A stretch of 64,000 nucleotides of DNA, from contig OZ252299.1 of the NCBI GenBank assembly GCA_965250285.1, positions 4,832,001 through 4,896,000 on the forward strand. The letters run 5' to 3'. The first letter of the stretch is position 1. The number at the start of each line of letters is the position of its first letter. A model generated the notes under the pieces. It was not told where the DNA came from. It did no database searches and worked only from the letters and a program-made list of their open reading frames with translations. A program made the position numbers and the translations under genes. Below are positions 52,971 through 62,479 of this stretch, piece after piece. This stretch comes from Myxococcota bacterium. Its GTDB lineage: Bacteria; Myxococcota_A; UBA9160; UBA4427.

Positions 52971-53900
52971 ATGACCCACGCAGAGCCCACTCCGCAAGCG
53001 CCCGATCTCGATGCTACCCAGGCCGCCTGGGACGGGATCGACATCGATCAGGTGCGCAACGTCGCGTGGACGGCGATCCCCTACTTCATGGAACACAACC
53101 TCGCGCGCCTCGGCGGCCCGAACCCGCACGCACGGGTGCGCGCGCTGCTCGCCGAGCGCGTGCCGGTCGAGCGACGCGAAGCGCTGGTCGGCGGCGTCCT
53201 GCTCTGTGGCGACATGCGGGGAGAGGCTCCGATCTTTCGGCCGGCCGACGGCGTCGCATTCCAGCACGTCGACGGCTTCGATCTGAGCCCGGCCTCGCTG
53301 GAGCGTGTCGACGCCGACGGCATCCCGTTCGAAGGCCACGTCGCCGATTGCAATACGCTCGAGCTCGACGAGGGTCGCTACGACCTGCTCGTCGGCCACC
53401 ACGGGATCCACCACGTGATGGAGCTCGGCCACCTCTTCGATCAGGCCCGCCAGGGGCTGCGCGAGACCGGCCTGCTGATGATGGACGAGTGGATCGGCCC
53501 CCCCTTCCTCCAGCTGCCGCGGCGCAATGCCTTCTTTGCCCGGCTGCTCTTGTTTGGCCTCTACCCGAAACCGCGCTCGCGGACCAACCACATGGGTCAA
53601 CGCAAAGGGGTCTGGCTCGCACCCCCGCCCGAAGCATTCGACCCGAGCGAGGCCTGCAACTCAGACGCGCTGCTGCCCGAGTATCGCCGTCACTTCGAGC
53701 CGATCGCCGAGGTGCAGTACGGCGGTCTGACCTATCCGGTCTTCGAGGGCATCGGGCATACGATCGACATGGGCCGTTGGACGAACAAGCTGCGCGTGCG
53801 CATCGTGTACCTCGCCGAGCGGGTACTGACCGCGCTGGGCCTCGTGCGCCCACTCTTCGTCTCGTCGATCGGTCAGCCGCGCCGCGGAGCCCGCGCATGA
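52971..53900 (+). CDS. Class I SAM-dependent methyltransferase-like protein
   Basis: DGFDLS, ADCN.LEL..GRYDL, IHHV.EL, DEWIGP and DPSEA. Motif I is degenerate (LLCGD). Confidence 0.75.
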   Translation: MTHAEPTPQAPDLDATQAAWDGIDIDQVRNVAWTAIPYFMEHNLARLGGPNPHARVRALLAERVPVERREALVGGVLLCGDMRGEAPIFRPADGVAFQHVDGFDLSPASLERVDADGIPFEGHVADCNTLELDEGRYDLLVGHHGIHHVMELGHLFDQARQGLRETGLLMMDEWIGPPFLQLPRRNAFFARLLLFGLYPKPRSRTNHMGQRKGVWLAPPPEAFDPSEACNSDALLPEYRRHFEPIAEVQYGGLTYPVFEGIGHTIDMGRWTNKLRVRIVYLAERVLTALGLVRPLFVSSIGQPRRGARA

Positions 53901-56900
53901 GCAGGTCGACGCGCAGACTGATCCCCGTGCTCGGCATGCACCGAAGCGGAACGAGCATCGCCACGCGGGGCCTCGCGTGTCTAGGCGTGTCGCTGGGCGA
54001 CGACCTGCTCGCAGGCAGCGCCGGCGACAACCCCACGGGCTATTTCGAAGATGCCGCGATCCACGCAATCTGTGAGCACGTGCTCGACGCCGTCGGCTCG
54101 AGCTGGCATGACCTGGCGCCCATCGAGACCGGCCCGCTCGATTCGGCCCGCGTGCGCGGCCTCGCCAACGACGCCGTGGCACTGCTCGAGCGTCGGCTCG
54201 AAGCGCAGCCGATCTTCGCCTTCAAGAACCCGCGCACCTCGAAGCTGCACGCGTTCTTCGAGCCGGTGTTCGCGCGGCTCGACGCCGACGTCCGCAGCGT
54301 CTTCGTGACCCGCCACCCCCTTTCGGTGATCCGCTCGCTCGAGGCCCGGGACGGCTTCGACCCCGCCAAGTCGGCGCAGCTCTGGCTCGCGCACTCGCTC
54401 GAAGCGGTGCTGGGGGTCGGCACGACGCCCGCAACCTGCATCGACTACGACGAGCTGATCACGTCGCCGCGAGACGTGCTCACGCGCGTCGCCCGCGAGC
54501 TCGACCTCGATCCACCGCGTGAGGCCGAGCTCGACACGTACGTGACGAGCCTGCTCGATGAGGGCCTGCGTCACACCACGTTCGACGCTGAAGATCTCGG
54601 CGCCGACCCGCGCGTGAACACGCTGGTCGGTGAGGCGTGGCAGCTGCTGCGCTCATGCGCGCGGGGCGACGCCTCCCTCGCCGACGAGAGCGTGCGGCGT
54701 GCGCTCGCCGCGCTGCGCACGCGCGCGACGCTGCTCGCACCGCTCAGCGAGCTGGCGAGTCGACAGGAGCGAGCGGTCGATCGACTGAGCGAAGAGAACA
54801 CGACGCTCCGCGAGCAGATCGAGCTGCAGCAGCGCATGATCGAAGACCGCGAAGACCTGATCGCCGTGCGCGACGAGGCGGTGCGCGATCAGCGAAGCGA
54901 GATCGAGCGCCAGCACGATCACATCGAGTCGCTCAAGAACGAGATCGTCGATCTGCGCTACGAGGCGGGCACGCAGCGCGCGGCGTTCAGCGAGGCGGGC
55001 AACCGCATCGAGAGCCTCTGGAACGTCGGTCAGCAGCTGCGCGCCGATCACGCACGAACCGAAGAGCAGCTGCACGCGCGGCTCGCCGAGGCGCTCGCGC
55101 GGGTCGAAACCCTGCGCGACGAGCGCCTGACGCTCGAAGCGCGCGTCGAAGGCCTCGAAGCAGCCGCCGACCGCGAACGCGCCGAAGAGCTCGACGCGGC
55201 CCGCAACGAGGTCGGCCATCTGCACGGGCTGCTGATGCGGGCGCGTGCCGACCTCGAGCGCGTGCAGGCTCACTCGGCCGAAGCGCAGCGTCGCGCAGAC
55301 GAGCTGCAGGTCGAGCTCGATGCAGAAAGGCGCGGCAGCATCGAGTGGTTCCATACTCAGGCGGCCCAGATCGCGGGGCGACTCGTCGACGCCGCCCAGG
55401 CGCTGCGCGAAACGCGCGCCTGGCGCGTGAGCCGGCGCATTCAGACATCGGTCGATCGCCGCCGCCTCGCGCGCCCCATCGATGCGGCAGAGCACCTACA
55501 GAATCTGATGATCGAGCTGCAGGCTCGAGCGCGTCGGCACGACATGGACGCGCTCGCTCTGCTCGACTTCACACGACTCGTCGACGAGACGAAGCGCCAC
55601 ATCCTCGACGGACGCATCTTCAAGGTGCTCCGGCGCGCGAACGCGATCGCCTCGGGGCCCCGGCGTCGCGGTGCGGCGCCCGGTCCGGTCGAGCAGCTCG
55701 AGCACGGGATCGCCGAGCTGCTCGAGTTCGCCGCGCAGATGGCGCAGGCGCCGTTTACGACCGCCGAGCCCACGCTCGAACCGGGCGAGGCGCTGCTCGG
55801 CTCCGCGAAGGATGCCCGGGTCGATGTCGTGATCCCGGTCTACGGCGGACGCGAGGCGACGCTCGACTGCATCGCTTCGGTCGGGCGCAGCCGCAACCGC
55901 ACGCCGATCGAGCTCGTCGTGATCGATGACGCGACGCCCGATGTCGACCTCGCGCGCGAGCTCGATCGCCTGGACCAGGCCGGCGAGATCACCCTGCTGC
56001 GCAATGAGCGAAACCTCGGCTTCCCCGCCACGGCCAACCGCGGCATGGCGCTGCATCCCGAACGCGACGTCGTGCTGCTCAACGCCGATACCCGGGTGAA
56101 CGGAGACTGGCTCGACCGCATGCGCGCAGCCGCGCACTCCGACTGGAACGTCGCCACGGTCACCCCGTTCTCGAACAACGCCGAGATCTGCAGCTACCCC
56201 CGCGTCTGCCAGGTGAACGAGTACCCCGGTGTCAGCGAGCAGGCGCGCATCGACGGCGCGATGGCGAGGGTGAATGCAGGTCGGACGCTCACGATCCCCA
56301 CGGCCGTCGGCTTCTGCATGTACCTGCGTCGCGATGCGCTCCGGCAGGTCGGGCCCTTCGATGCCCTGCGCTTCGAGCGCGGCTACGGCGAAGAGAACGA
56401 CCTCTGCATGCGGCTGCGCGCACGCGGCTTGCGCAACGTGCTCGCGGCCGACGTCTACGTCGCCCACGCAGGCGGCGCGTCATTCGGCGACGAGAAACAG
56501 GCGCTCGTCGACCGCGCGCTCGCGCGACTGGCCGAGGTCTACCCCGACTACGAACGCGAGGTGGGGGCGTTCATCGCCGACGATCCGATGAAGTCGCTGC
56601 GCGTGCGCGCCGAAGCGGCTCTGCTGCCGCGCGCGGGCGACGCCACCGTGCTCTTCGTGACGCACGATCGCGGCGGCGGCACGGCCCGACACGTCGACGA
56701 TCTGGCGGGCCGACTCGAGCGCGAAGGCGTGCGGGTCTTGATGCTCTCTCCCGAGCCCTCGGGTGCCGTGCGGCTCGAGCTGTGGGACGAAGACCGACCA
56801 TCAGACGAGATCGATGTCTTCTCGAACCTGCGCTTCGACGTCGAGACCGACTTCGACGATCTGCTCGCGTCGCTGCGCACGGCGGGCGTCGCCCACGTGC

Positions 56901-57829
56901 ACTTCCACCACCTGATCGGCCTGCCCGACGGCATCGCACGCCTCCCTCAGCGGCTGGGCATCACGTATGACGTCACGGCCCACGACTACTTCGCCGCCTG
57001 TCCGCGCACGCACATGATCGGGGCCAGCGGCGTCTATTGCGGCGAGCCAGAAGACGTCGACGAGTGCAGTCACTGCATCGCCCGCATCGGCAGCCCGGTC
57101 GGGCGCGCCATCGACGTCGGGCGCTGGCGCGAACGCAGCCAGTCTCTACTCGAAGGTGCGCGTCGCGTCTTCGTGCCGAGCGACGACGCGGCCGCGCGAC
57201 TGGGTCGCTACTTCGATGACGTGCGCTGGCTCGTTCGTCCCCACGCCGAGCCCGCGTGGACCGCGAATTCGGTCGTGGCACCGAAACGTGGGGGCGAGAC
57301 GCGCGTCGCCGTCGTCGGTGCGATCGGGTATCACAAGGGTTCGCGGATCCTGGCCGAATGCGCCCGCGACGCAGCCGACCGCAAGCTGCCTCTCCATTTC
57401 GTTCTGATCGGTCATACCGATCGCACCGAAGAGCTGCGCGGCACCCGCCACGTCGAGGTCACTGGCCCCTACGAAGAGTCGAACCTGATGACGCTGCTCG
57501 AGCGGGCACGGTGTCAGCTCGCGTTCCTGCCGTCGGTCTGGCCCGAGACCTACTGCTTTACGCTCTCTCACGTCGTGCGCGCACAGCTGCACCCGGTGGT
57601 CTTCGACCTCGGTGCACCGGCCGCACGCGTGCGGGCCATGGGTTTCGGCGATGTCCTACCGCTCGGCTGGACGGCGACGCAGATCAACGATCGACTGCTC
57701 GCGATCGAACCCGCCGACTTCCCCCGCGACCGCGTCGAAGCGGCGCACGACCACCCCTGGACCTCGTGTCTCAAGGACTACTACGACGGATTGGTGCTCG
57801 AGGCGCCGGAGCACACCACCCCGAGCTGA
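53897..57829 (+). CDS. Multidomain sulfotransferase-like + coiled-coil + GT2 + GT4-like glycosyltransferase (1310 aa)
   Basis: VLGMHRSGTS, KNPRT and RHPLSVIRSL; long heptad-rich region; DVVIPVY..IDDA..NLGF..LLNAD..GYGEENDLC; HFHH..TAHDY..KG..PSVWPETYCFTL. Confidence 0.9.
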   Translation: MSRSTRRLIPVLGMHRSGTSIATRGLACLGVSLGDDLLAGSAGDNPTGYFEDAAIHAICEHVLDAVGSSWHDLAPIETGPLDSARVRGLANDAVALLERRLEAQPIFAFKNPRTSKLHAFFEPVFARLDADVRSVFVTRHPLSVIRSLEARDGFDPAKSAQLWLAHSLEAVLGVGTTPATCIDYDELITSPRDVLTRVARELDLDPPREAELDTYVTSLLDEGLRHTTFDAEDLGADPRVNTLVGEAWQLLRSCARGDASLADESVRRALAALRTRATLLAPLSELASRQERAVDRLSEENTTLREQIELQQRMIEDREDLIAVRDEAVRDQRSEIERQHDHIESLKNEIVDLRYEAGTQRAAFSEAGNRIESLWNVGQQLRADHARTEEQLHARLAEALARVETLRDERLTLEARVEGLEAAADRERAEELDAARNEVGHLHGLLMRARADLERVQAHSAEAQRRADELQVELDAERRGSIEWFHTQAAQIAGRLVDAAQALRETRAWRVSRRIQTSVDRRRLARPIDAAEHLQNLMIELQARARRHDMDALALLDFTRLVDETKRHILDGRIFKVLRRANAIASGPRRRGAAPGPVEQLEHGIAELLEFAAQMAQAPFTTAEPTLEPGEALLGSAKDARVDVVIPVYGGREATLDCIASVGRSRNRTPIELVVIDDATPDVDLARELDRLDQAGEITLLRNERNLGFPATANRGMALHPERDVVLLNADTRVNGDWLDRMRAAAHSDWNVATVTPFSNNAEICSYPRVCQVNEYPGVSEQARIDGAMARVNAGRTLTIPTAVGFCMYLRRDALRQVGPFDALRFERGYGEENDLCMRLRARGLRNVLAADVYVAHAGGASFGDEKQALVDRALARLAEVYPDYEREVGAFIADDPMKSLRVRAEAALLPRAGDATVLFVTHDRGGGTARHVDDLAGRLEREGVRVLMLSPEPSGAVRLELWDEDRPSDEIDVFSNLRFDVETDFDDLLASLRTAGVAHVHFHHLIGLPDGIARLPQRLGITYDVTAHDYFAACPRTHMIGASGVYCGEPEDVDECSHCIARIGSPVGRAIDVGRWRERSQSLLEGARRVFVPSDDAAARLGRYFDDVRWLVRPHAEPAWTANSVVAPKRGGETRVAVVGAIGYHKGSRILAECARDAADRKLPLHFVLIGHTDRTEELRGTRHVEVTGPYEESNLMTLLERARCQLAFLPSVWPETYCFTLSHVVRAQLHPVVFDLGAPAARVRAMGFGDVLPLGWTATQINDRLLAIEPADFPRDRVEAAHDHPWTSCLKDYYDGLVLEAPEHTTPS

Positions 57830-57844
57830 AGGCGCGGGCCGGGA

Positions 57845-59239
57845 TCAGCCGCGAACCTCGGCCGAGCGCACGACCGCTTCGCCCACCGGCACCAGGGCGG
57901 CTGCAGCCGCGTCGCCTTCGGGCACGAGATCGACCGTGCCCGTGCCACGCAGACCGCTCTCGAGCGAAACACGAAAGCTCAAGACGTCGATGATGCGATG
58001 CAGAAAGAGCTCCTCGCCCGAGGCACGGGCGACCACACCAGCATTCGCAAAGTAGGTGCCGGGGTTGAGGCGCAGCTCGAAGGGCAACCGCACGTCGATC
58101 TCGTCGCCCGGCGTCACGCGCCGACCGACTGCGTCGGGGGGCGCATCGGCCAGACCGCCGAGCTCACTGCCGACGAGGTTCTTCAGCATCATCCCGAATC
58201 GTACGCCCTCGGCGGCGCGATCAAAGCGCACACGAAAGGCATAGACGTAGCGAGCCCCCCGGTGCAGCACGTTCACGCGTTCGCCGCGCTCGGTCTCGAT
58301 GCGGACGTCTTCGATGTGCGCGCCCTGCGACGCGTACTCGACACGGCTCTTCGATTCGAGCCCGGCGTCGAATCGCTCGGCTTCGAGCGGAGCCGGATCG
58401 GCCGCGGGCTGCGATTCGCTGGAGCCCGACGAGAAGCGGCCTTCGGTCGTCTCCGCCAGGATCTCGGCGCGCAGCGCGGGCTGACGACCCGGCGGCGCGT
58501 AGATCAGTCGGTGATAGCGAGGCAACACGTCTCGCGGGGCGCCGACGCAGAGCGCCTCGCCCGCGTCGAGCAGCATGACGCGATCGCACAGCTCGAGCAC
58601 CGCCGCAGCCGAGTGCGAGACGAAGAGCAGTGTGACGCCGGCGGCCTTCATCTCTTCGATGCGTCCGTAGCAGCGGCGCTGAAAGGCCTCGTCGCCGACC
58701 GCCAACGCCTCGTCGACGACGAGCACATCGGGGGTCGCGCTGACCGCCACGGCGAACGCGAGGCGCACGAACATGCCCGTCGAATAGTGGTGTACCGGCT
58801 CGTCCAGATAGGCCCCGAGATCAGCGAACGCCGCGATCTCGTCGAATCGCGATTCGACCTCGGCCTTCGAGAGCCCGAGCAGGGCGCCCTGCACGAAGAC
58901 GTTCTCGCGGCCGGTCAGCGCGGGATCGAAGCCGGCGCCGAGCTCGAGCAGCGCCGCGAGCTGGCCGGCCACCTCGACGTCGCCCGTGGTCGGAGCGAGC
59001 GTGCCCGAGACGATCTCGAGCAGGGTCGACTTGCCGCAGCCGTTTCGGCCGACGATGCCGAACGACTCACCGCGCTCGACTTCGAACGATACGTCGCGGA
59101 GCGCCCACATCGCACGGGCATCGCTCGGCTCGCGATCGAGCAGCGCGCTGCGGACGCGCTGCCACGGGGTGGCCTGCAGCGAGTAGCGCTTGCCGAGACC
59201 CCGCACGCGCACGGCGGGCGAGGTGGCCTCAGACGACAT
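57845..59239 (-). CDS. wzt: Polysaccharide ABC exporter ATPase with C-terminal carbohydrate-binding domain
   Basis: GRNGCGKST, ELGAGF, YSTGM..RLAF and DEALAVGDEAFQ. Wzt_C-like tail containing LNPGTY. Confidence 0.93.
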   Translation of the reverse strand: MSSEATSPAVRVRGLGKRYSLQATPWQRVRSALLDREPSDARAMWALRDVSFEVERGESFGIVGRNGCGKSTLLEIVSGTLAPTTGDVEVAGQLAALLELGAGFDPALTGRENVFVQGALLGLSKAEVESRFDEIAAFADLGAYLDEPVHHYSTGMFVRLAFAVAVSATPDVLVVDEALAVGDEAFQRRCYGRIEEMKAAGVTLLFVSHSAAAVLELCDRVMLLDAGEALCVGAPRDVLPRYHRLIYAPPGRQPALRAEILAETTEGRFSSGSSESQPAADPAPLEAERFDAGLESKSRVEYASQGAHIEDVRIETERGERVNVLHRGARYVYAFRVRFDRAAEGVRFGMMLKNLVGSELGGLADAPPDAVGRRVTPGDEIDVRLPFELRLNPGTYFANAGVVARASGEELFLHRIIDVLSFRVSLESGLRGTGTVDLVPEGDAAAAALVPVGEAVVRSAEVRG

Positions 59240-60083
59240 CGGCGAACACACCTCGCAGGCGCGCGAAGACCGCTGCGCCGATCCACGCCATCGCCCACGA
59301 CACACCGAGGAGGAGCAGCAGCGGGGCGGTCGCAGGCATGACACCGAAAGCTGCGACGTCGCGGACGAGCTCGACGGGGATCGTCAGCGGATTCAGCATC
59401 ATCCACGGGCGCATGGCCTCGGGCACGACACTGAGCGGATACAGGATCGGAGACAAGAACATCAGCGCCGTGAGCAGCAGCTGCATGCCTTCGCGCAGAT
59501 CGCGAACGAGCGCGCCCGCGCAAGCGATCACGTAGGTCAGGCCGAGCGTCGCGAGCACGAGCGGAATCAGCACGACCGGCAGCCACACCAACGTGGCGGG
59601 GGGGATGCCCTGGAGCAGCGTCCATGCGACGAGAAAGATCGCGATGCGGACGCCCAGGTGGAAGAGGGCCGTGAGTGACACCACCCAGGGCAGCACCTCG
59701 AGCGGGAACACCACCTTCTTCACGTAGCTGGCATGACCCTCGAGCAGGGTCGCGGCCTCGCCCAGACACTCGCTGACGTACCAGAAGACGCAGAGCCCGA
59801 GAAACAGGAGCAGGGCGTACTGCAGGGTGTCGGGCTCGTCGCTCCAGCGCGAGCCGAACATCACACCGAAGACGAGGGTGAAGATCGCGAGGGTGAGCAG
59901 CGGCGAGAGCACCGACCAGGACGCGCCGAGCATCGAGCCGCGGTAGCGCGCGACGATGCGGCGCCACGTGAGTCGTGTGGCGAGCTCTCGGTGGTCGGTG
60001 AGCGCGCGGAGCGGCGCGAACGGGCCAGGCCAACTCGCGCGCGGCGTCCTCGAGACGAGCGCCGGCTCTCCGGATGCCGCCAT
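59229..60083 (-). CDS. wzm: Polysaccharide ABC exporter permease
   Basis: RYRGSMLG..W..L.PL, YVKKVVFP, FLSPILYP and LNPL. Confidence 0.93.
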   Translation of the reverse strand: MAASGEPALVSRTPRASWPGPFAPLRALTDHRELATRLTWRRIVARYRGSMLGASWSVLSPLLTLAIFTLVFGVMFGSRWSDEPDTLQYALLLFLGLCVFWYVSECLGEAATLLEGHASYVKKVVFPLEVLPWVVSLTALFHLGVRIAIFLVAWTLLQGIPPATLVWLPVVLIPLVLATLGLTYVIACAGALVRDLREGMQLLLTALMFLSPILYPLSVVPEAMRPWMMLNPLTIPVELVRDVAAFGVMPATAPLLLLLGVSWAMAWIGAAVFARLRGVFADVV

Positions 60084-60144
60084 GTCGGGCTCTCCTCTCG
60101 GTCGGCGGCGCCGGGCCCCGCGCCGCGGCCTTCCGCCCGAAGAG

Positions 60145-60381
60145 ACTAGTACGGGCGGGGGCCTCAGGCGGATCGCGCCGATCGGGCTCGGCTGTGGGGT
60201 GCGGGCGGCTCGGCTCTCTGAGGCGAGTGCGGTCGGGCGCTCCGCCGAGGCGTGAAGATCAGGGGCCGTCGCCGGGTTCGCGCGGCTCGGCGGCCGGAAG
60301 CGAGTGCGGTCGGGCGCTCCGCCGAGGCGCGAAGATCAGGGGCCGTCGCCGGGTTCGCGCGGCTCGGCGGCCGGAAGCGAG
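60145..60381. repeat. 77-bp tandem repeat of the GT2 gene 3' end: two near-identical copies plus one degenerate copy
   Basis: 60223-60299 vs 60300-60376 differ at one base. 60145-60222 aligns loosely (AGT.CGG.CGGG, GATC, GGGT.CG.GCGGCTCGGC). Confidence 0.9.
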
Positions 60382-61385
60382 AGCGGCGCGGTCAACAGCT
60401 TCGTCTTGAGGCTGAGGTCGAGCAGCAGATCCTGCCGACCGATCCCCAGCTGCATCGAGCCGAAGGCGCGGCGAAGGCGCGACACGCCCGGTCGGTAGAG
60501 CGCCAGGTAGCGATCGAGCAGGCTGGTCGCGTGGTGGATTCGGTCGGCCGTCTCACCCGGCGGCCAGTCCGGCGCGATCTCTTTGAGCCGCGCCCGAAGC
60601 GCGCGGCACTGGCGCACCGTGTCGAGGAGCGGCTCGTTCGAGTGACGCTGCCAGCGCAGCGTGCGCTGCCCGAGCTCGCGCACGACTTCGACGTACGGCT
60701 TCGCTCCGATCTGGTTTCGGTCGTGCTGGCGATAGCGAACGGTCGCGCGTTCGCGTGCCATCAGATGGCCGGTCGAGGCGGCGCAGAGCGCGATCCACCA
60801 GTCGTGCATGATGGCTTCATCGGGCACCGGCAACGCGATCTCGGCGAGGGGGCGATTGAACATCGTCGCGCAACCGGTCACGAAGTTCTGGACGGCGAGC
60901 ACCTCGAGCGCGCCTCGACTCGCATGGCGAATGCGTTGGTGGGCGAAGAACGAGGGCGCGAGCGGGCGACCTTCCTCGTCGACAAGTTCGAGGTCACCGT
61001 GGACGAGCAGGGGCTCCTCGGGGTGGTGCGCGCGGCCCGCGATCTCGAGTGAATCGGCGAGGTGGGTCGGGCGCCACTCGTCGTCCTGGTCCGCGAGCGC
61101 GATCCACTGCGCGTCGGCGTCGAGGGCGTCTCGAATCAGCCGGCCGTAGCTCGCTCGGGTACCCAGGCGGTCGGCCCGTGCGGGCGCCGGGCGAACCCGC
61201 GCGTCGCGCGCGTGCCAGCGATCGATCTGCTCGGCCGTCTGCGCATCGCCGTCGTCGTGACGCAGCCAGACGCAGAGCGCATCGTGGGTCTGTTCGACGA
61301 TCGTCTCGAGCTGTCGATCGAGGAGTGCTGGCCGCGGATGAAAGAGCGAGCACACGACGTGCACGGTGCGATCGACGGTCGTCAC
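60336..61385 (-). CDS. GT2 glycosyltransferase (rhamnosyltransferase-like)
   Basis: RHDDG, LADQDDEW, NFVTGCATMFNR, MHDWW and YRQH..NQIG. Confidence 0.9.
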   Translation of the reverse strand: MTTVDRTVHVVCSLFHPRPALLDRQLETIVEQTHDALCVWLRHDDGDAQTAEQIDRWHARDARVRPAPARADRLGTRASYGRLIRDALDADAQWIALADQDDEWRPTHLADSLEIAGRAHHPEEPLLVHGDLELVDEEGRPLAPSFFAHQRIRHASRGALEVLAVQNFVTGCATMFNRPLAEIALPVPDEAIMHDWWIALCAASTGHLMARERATVRYRQHDRNQIGAKPYVEVVRELGQRTLRWQRHSNEPLLDTVRQCRALRARLKEIAPDWPPGETADRIHHATSLLDRYLALYRPGVSRLRRAFGSMQLGIGRQDLLLDLSLKTKLLTAPLSLPAAEPREPGDGP

Positions 61386-61413
61386 GTCACGTCTCCCTTC
61401 GGTGCCCGACCGG

Positions 61414-61559
61414 TCGCATCATCGACGTCGATCCAACCCCGGCGGCTGGCCGCCGATGCGCAGGACATCCGCCGTCATCTCTTGCTCGCATCATCGGCCG
61501 AGGTCCACATCCAGCCGCTCGCCGACGATGCACAGCACATCGGCCGTGATCGCCTGCTC
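61414..61559 (-). repeat. Diverged tandem copy of the tmk 3' end (period 72)
   Basis: 61414-61485 vs 61486-61557, 54/72 identical and ungapped; stop codon conserved. Confidence 0.85.
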
Positions 61560-62105
61560 ATCGCGGTCGGCGTCGACGCGCGTGAGATGTGGGCGATCGA
61601 TCTTCGCGAACACGTCGGCCACCCGCTCCTGAAAGCCGAGCTCTTCGAAGACGGGCTCGGCCACACCGCCGCGCGCCGTGACGCGCTCGAAGCTGCGCCG
61701 CGGGGCGATCTCGAAGAGCAGAGTCAGATCGGGCGTCGGGAACCGGGCCTCGCTCTCGGCCAGGATCGCGTCGGCGTCGAGACCCCGAGCCCCTTGATAG
61801 GCGACGGTCGACAGGTAGTAGCGATCGGTCAGCACCCACTGGCCGCGTGCTCGCGCGGGCTCGATCACCTCGCGGACGTGCTCGGCCCGGTCGGCCATGA
61901 ACCACGCGAGCTCCTGCTCGGGTTCGACCGCGACGCCAGAGCGCGCCATCTCGCGAATCTTGCGTCCCATGTCGCCATTGGTCGGTTCGAAGGTCAACAC
62001 GTGCGCGATGCCCGCCGCATCGAGGTGGGCCGCCAGCGCGCGAATCTGCGTGCTCTTGCCGCTGCCATCGATGCCTTCGAAGGCGATGAGCGGACCGGGA
62101 TTCAC
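61491..62105 (-). CDS. tmk: Thymidylate kinase
   Basis: IAFEGIDGSGKSTQ, EP, DR..H and TDRY..STVAYQG. GGAGG RBS. Confidence 0.96.
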   Translation of the reverse strand: MNPGPLIAFEGIDGSGKSTQIRALAAHLDAAGIAHVLTFEPTNGDMGRKIREMARSGVAVEPEQELAWFMADRAEHVREVIEPARARGQWVLTDRYYLSTVAYQGARGLDADAILAESEARFPTPDLTLLFEIAPRRSFERVTARGGVAEPVFEELGFQERVADVFAKIDRPHLTRVDADRDEQAITADVLCIVGERLDVDLGR

Positions 62106-62204
62106 GATCGTGTGACCTCCGCGTCACGTCCGCCGCCGACGCTGTGATCGACCCGGACGCGACGTGCGCACTGGGCCGACGAGGAGCGCCCCACACGCCG
62201 GCAC

Positions 62205-62365
62205 GTGGCTTGCTCTTGTGGATCAGTGTCGCCCAACGGCGACACCCGCCACACCCCTCTAACGGGACCGGGGGTGGGCGGACCCGGCGGCGCCGGGCGG
62301 TGACACAGTTGTCGGGGTCGGCTCGTGTACGGGGTGGGGCCGACCTCGCGTCTCCGCCCGGCGTC
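62205..62365 (-). ncRNA. Structured non-coding element, IS110-type non-coding-end / bridge-RNA-like, no recombinase nearby
   Basis: Stems 62291-300/62354-63 (10 bp), 62316-22/62339-45 (7 bp), 62246-57/62271-81 and 62226-33/62238-45 (8 bp). Family assignment rests on recalled motif similarity only. Confidence 0.45.
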
Positions 62366-62381
62366 ACCCTTGGCCGCGATT

Positions 62382-62465
62382 CGATCGATGGCCGAGAGCG
62401 GAGAACGGCGAGACGAGAGCCGAGAGACGAGCGCCGGTGGTCGAAGGTCGAGCACCGAGCGTCGG
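62382..62465. repeat. Degenerate heptamer array (~12 x GAGnCGA-like)
   Basis: CGATCGA TGGCCGA GAGCGGA GAACGGC GAGACGA GAGCCGA GAGACGA GCGCCGG TGGTCGA AGGTCGA GCACCGA GCGTCGG. Confidence 0.7.
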
Positions 62466-62479
62466 CGAACCCGGCAGCG

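Noticed and set aside
52850..53896. N-terminal 349 aa of the 1659-aa ORF
   Set aside because: Overlaps the methyltransferase in another frame. The real start is ATG 53897, overlapping that gene's stop.
41725..61559. Gene-end echoes as diversity-generating retroelement VR/TR pairs
   Set aside because: Mismatches in the MFS and tmk echoes are not adenine-specific on the coding strand, and there is no reverse transcriptase in the window.
62205..62365. SRP RNA, tRNA or cobalamin riboswitch
   Set aside because: No SRP CAGG..GGAA..AGCAG motif, cloverleaf or B12 box was found by eye.
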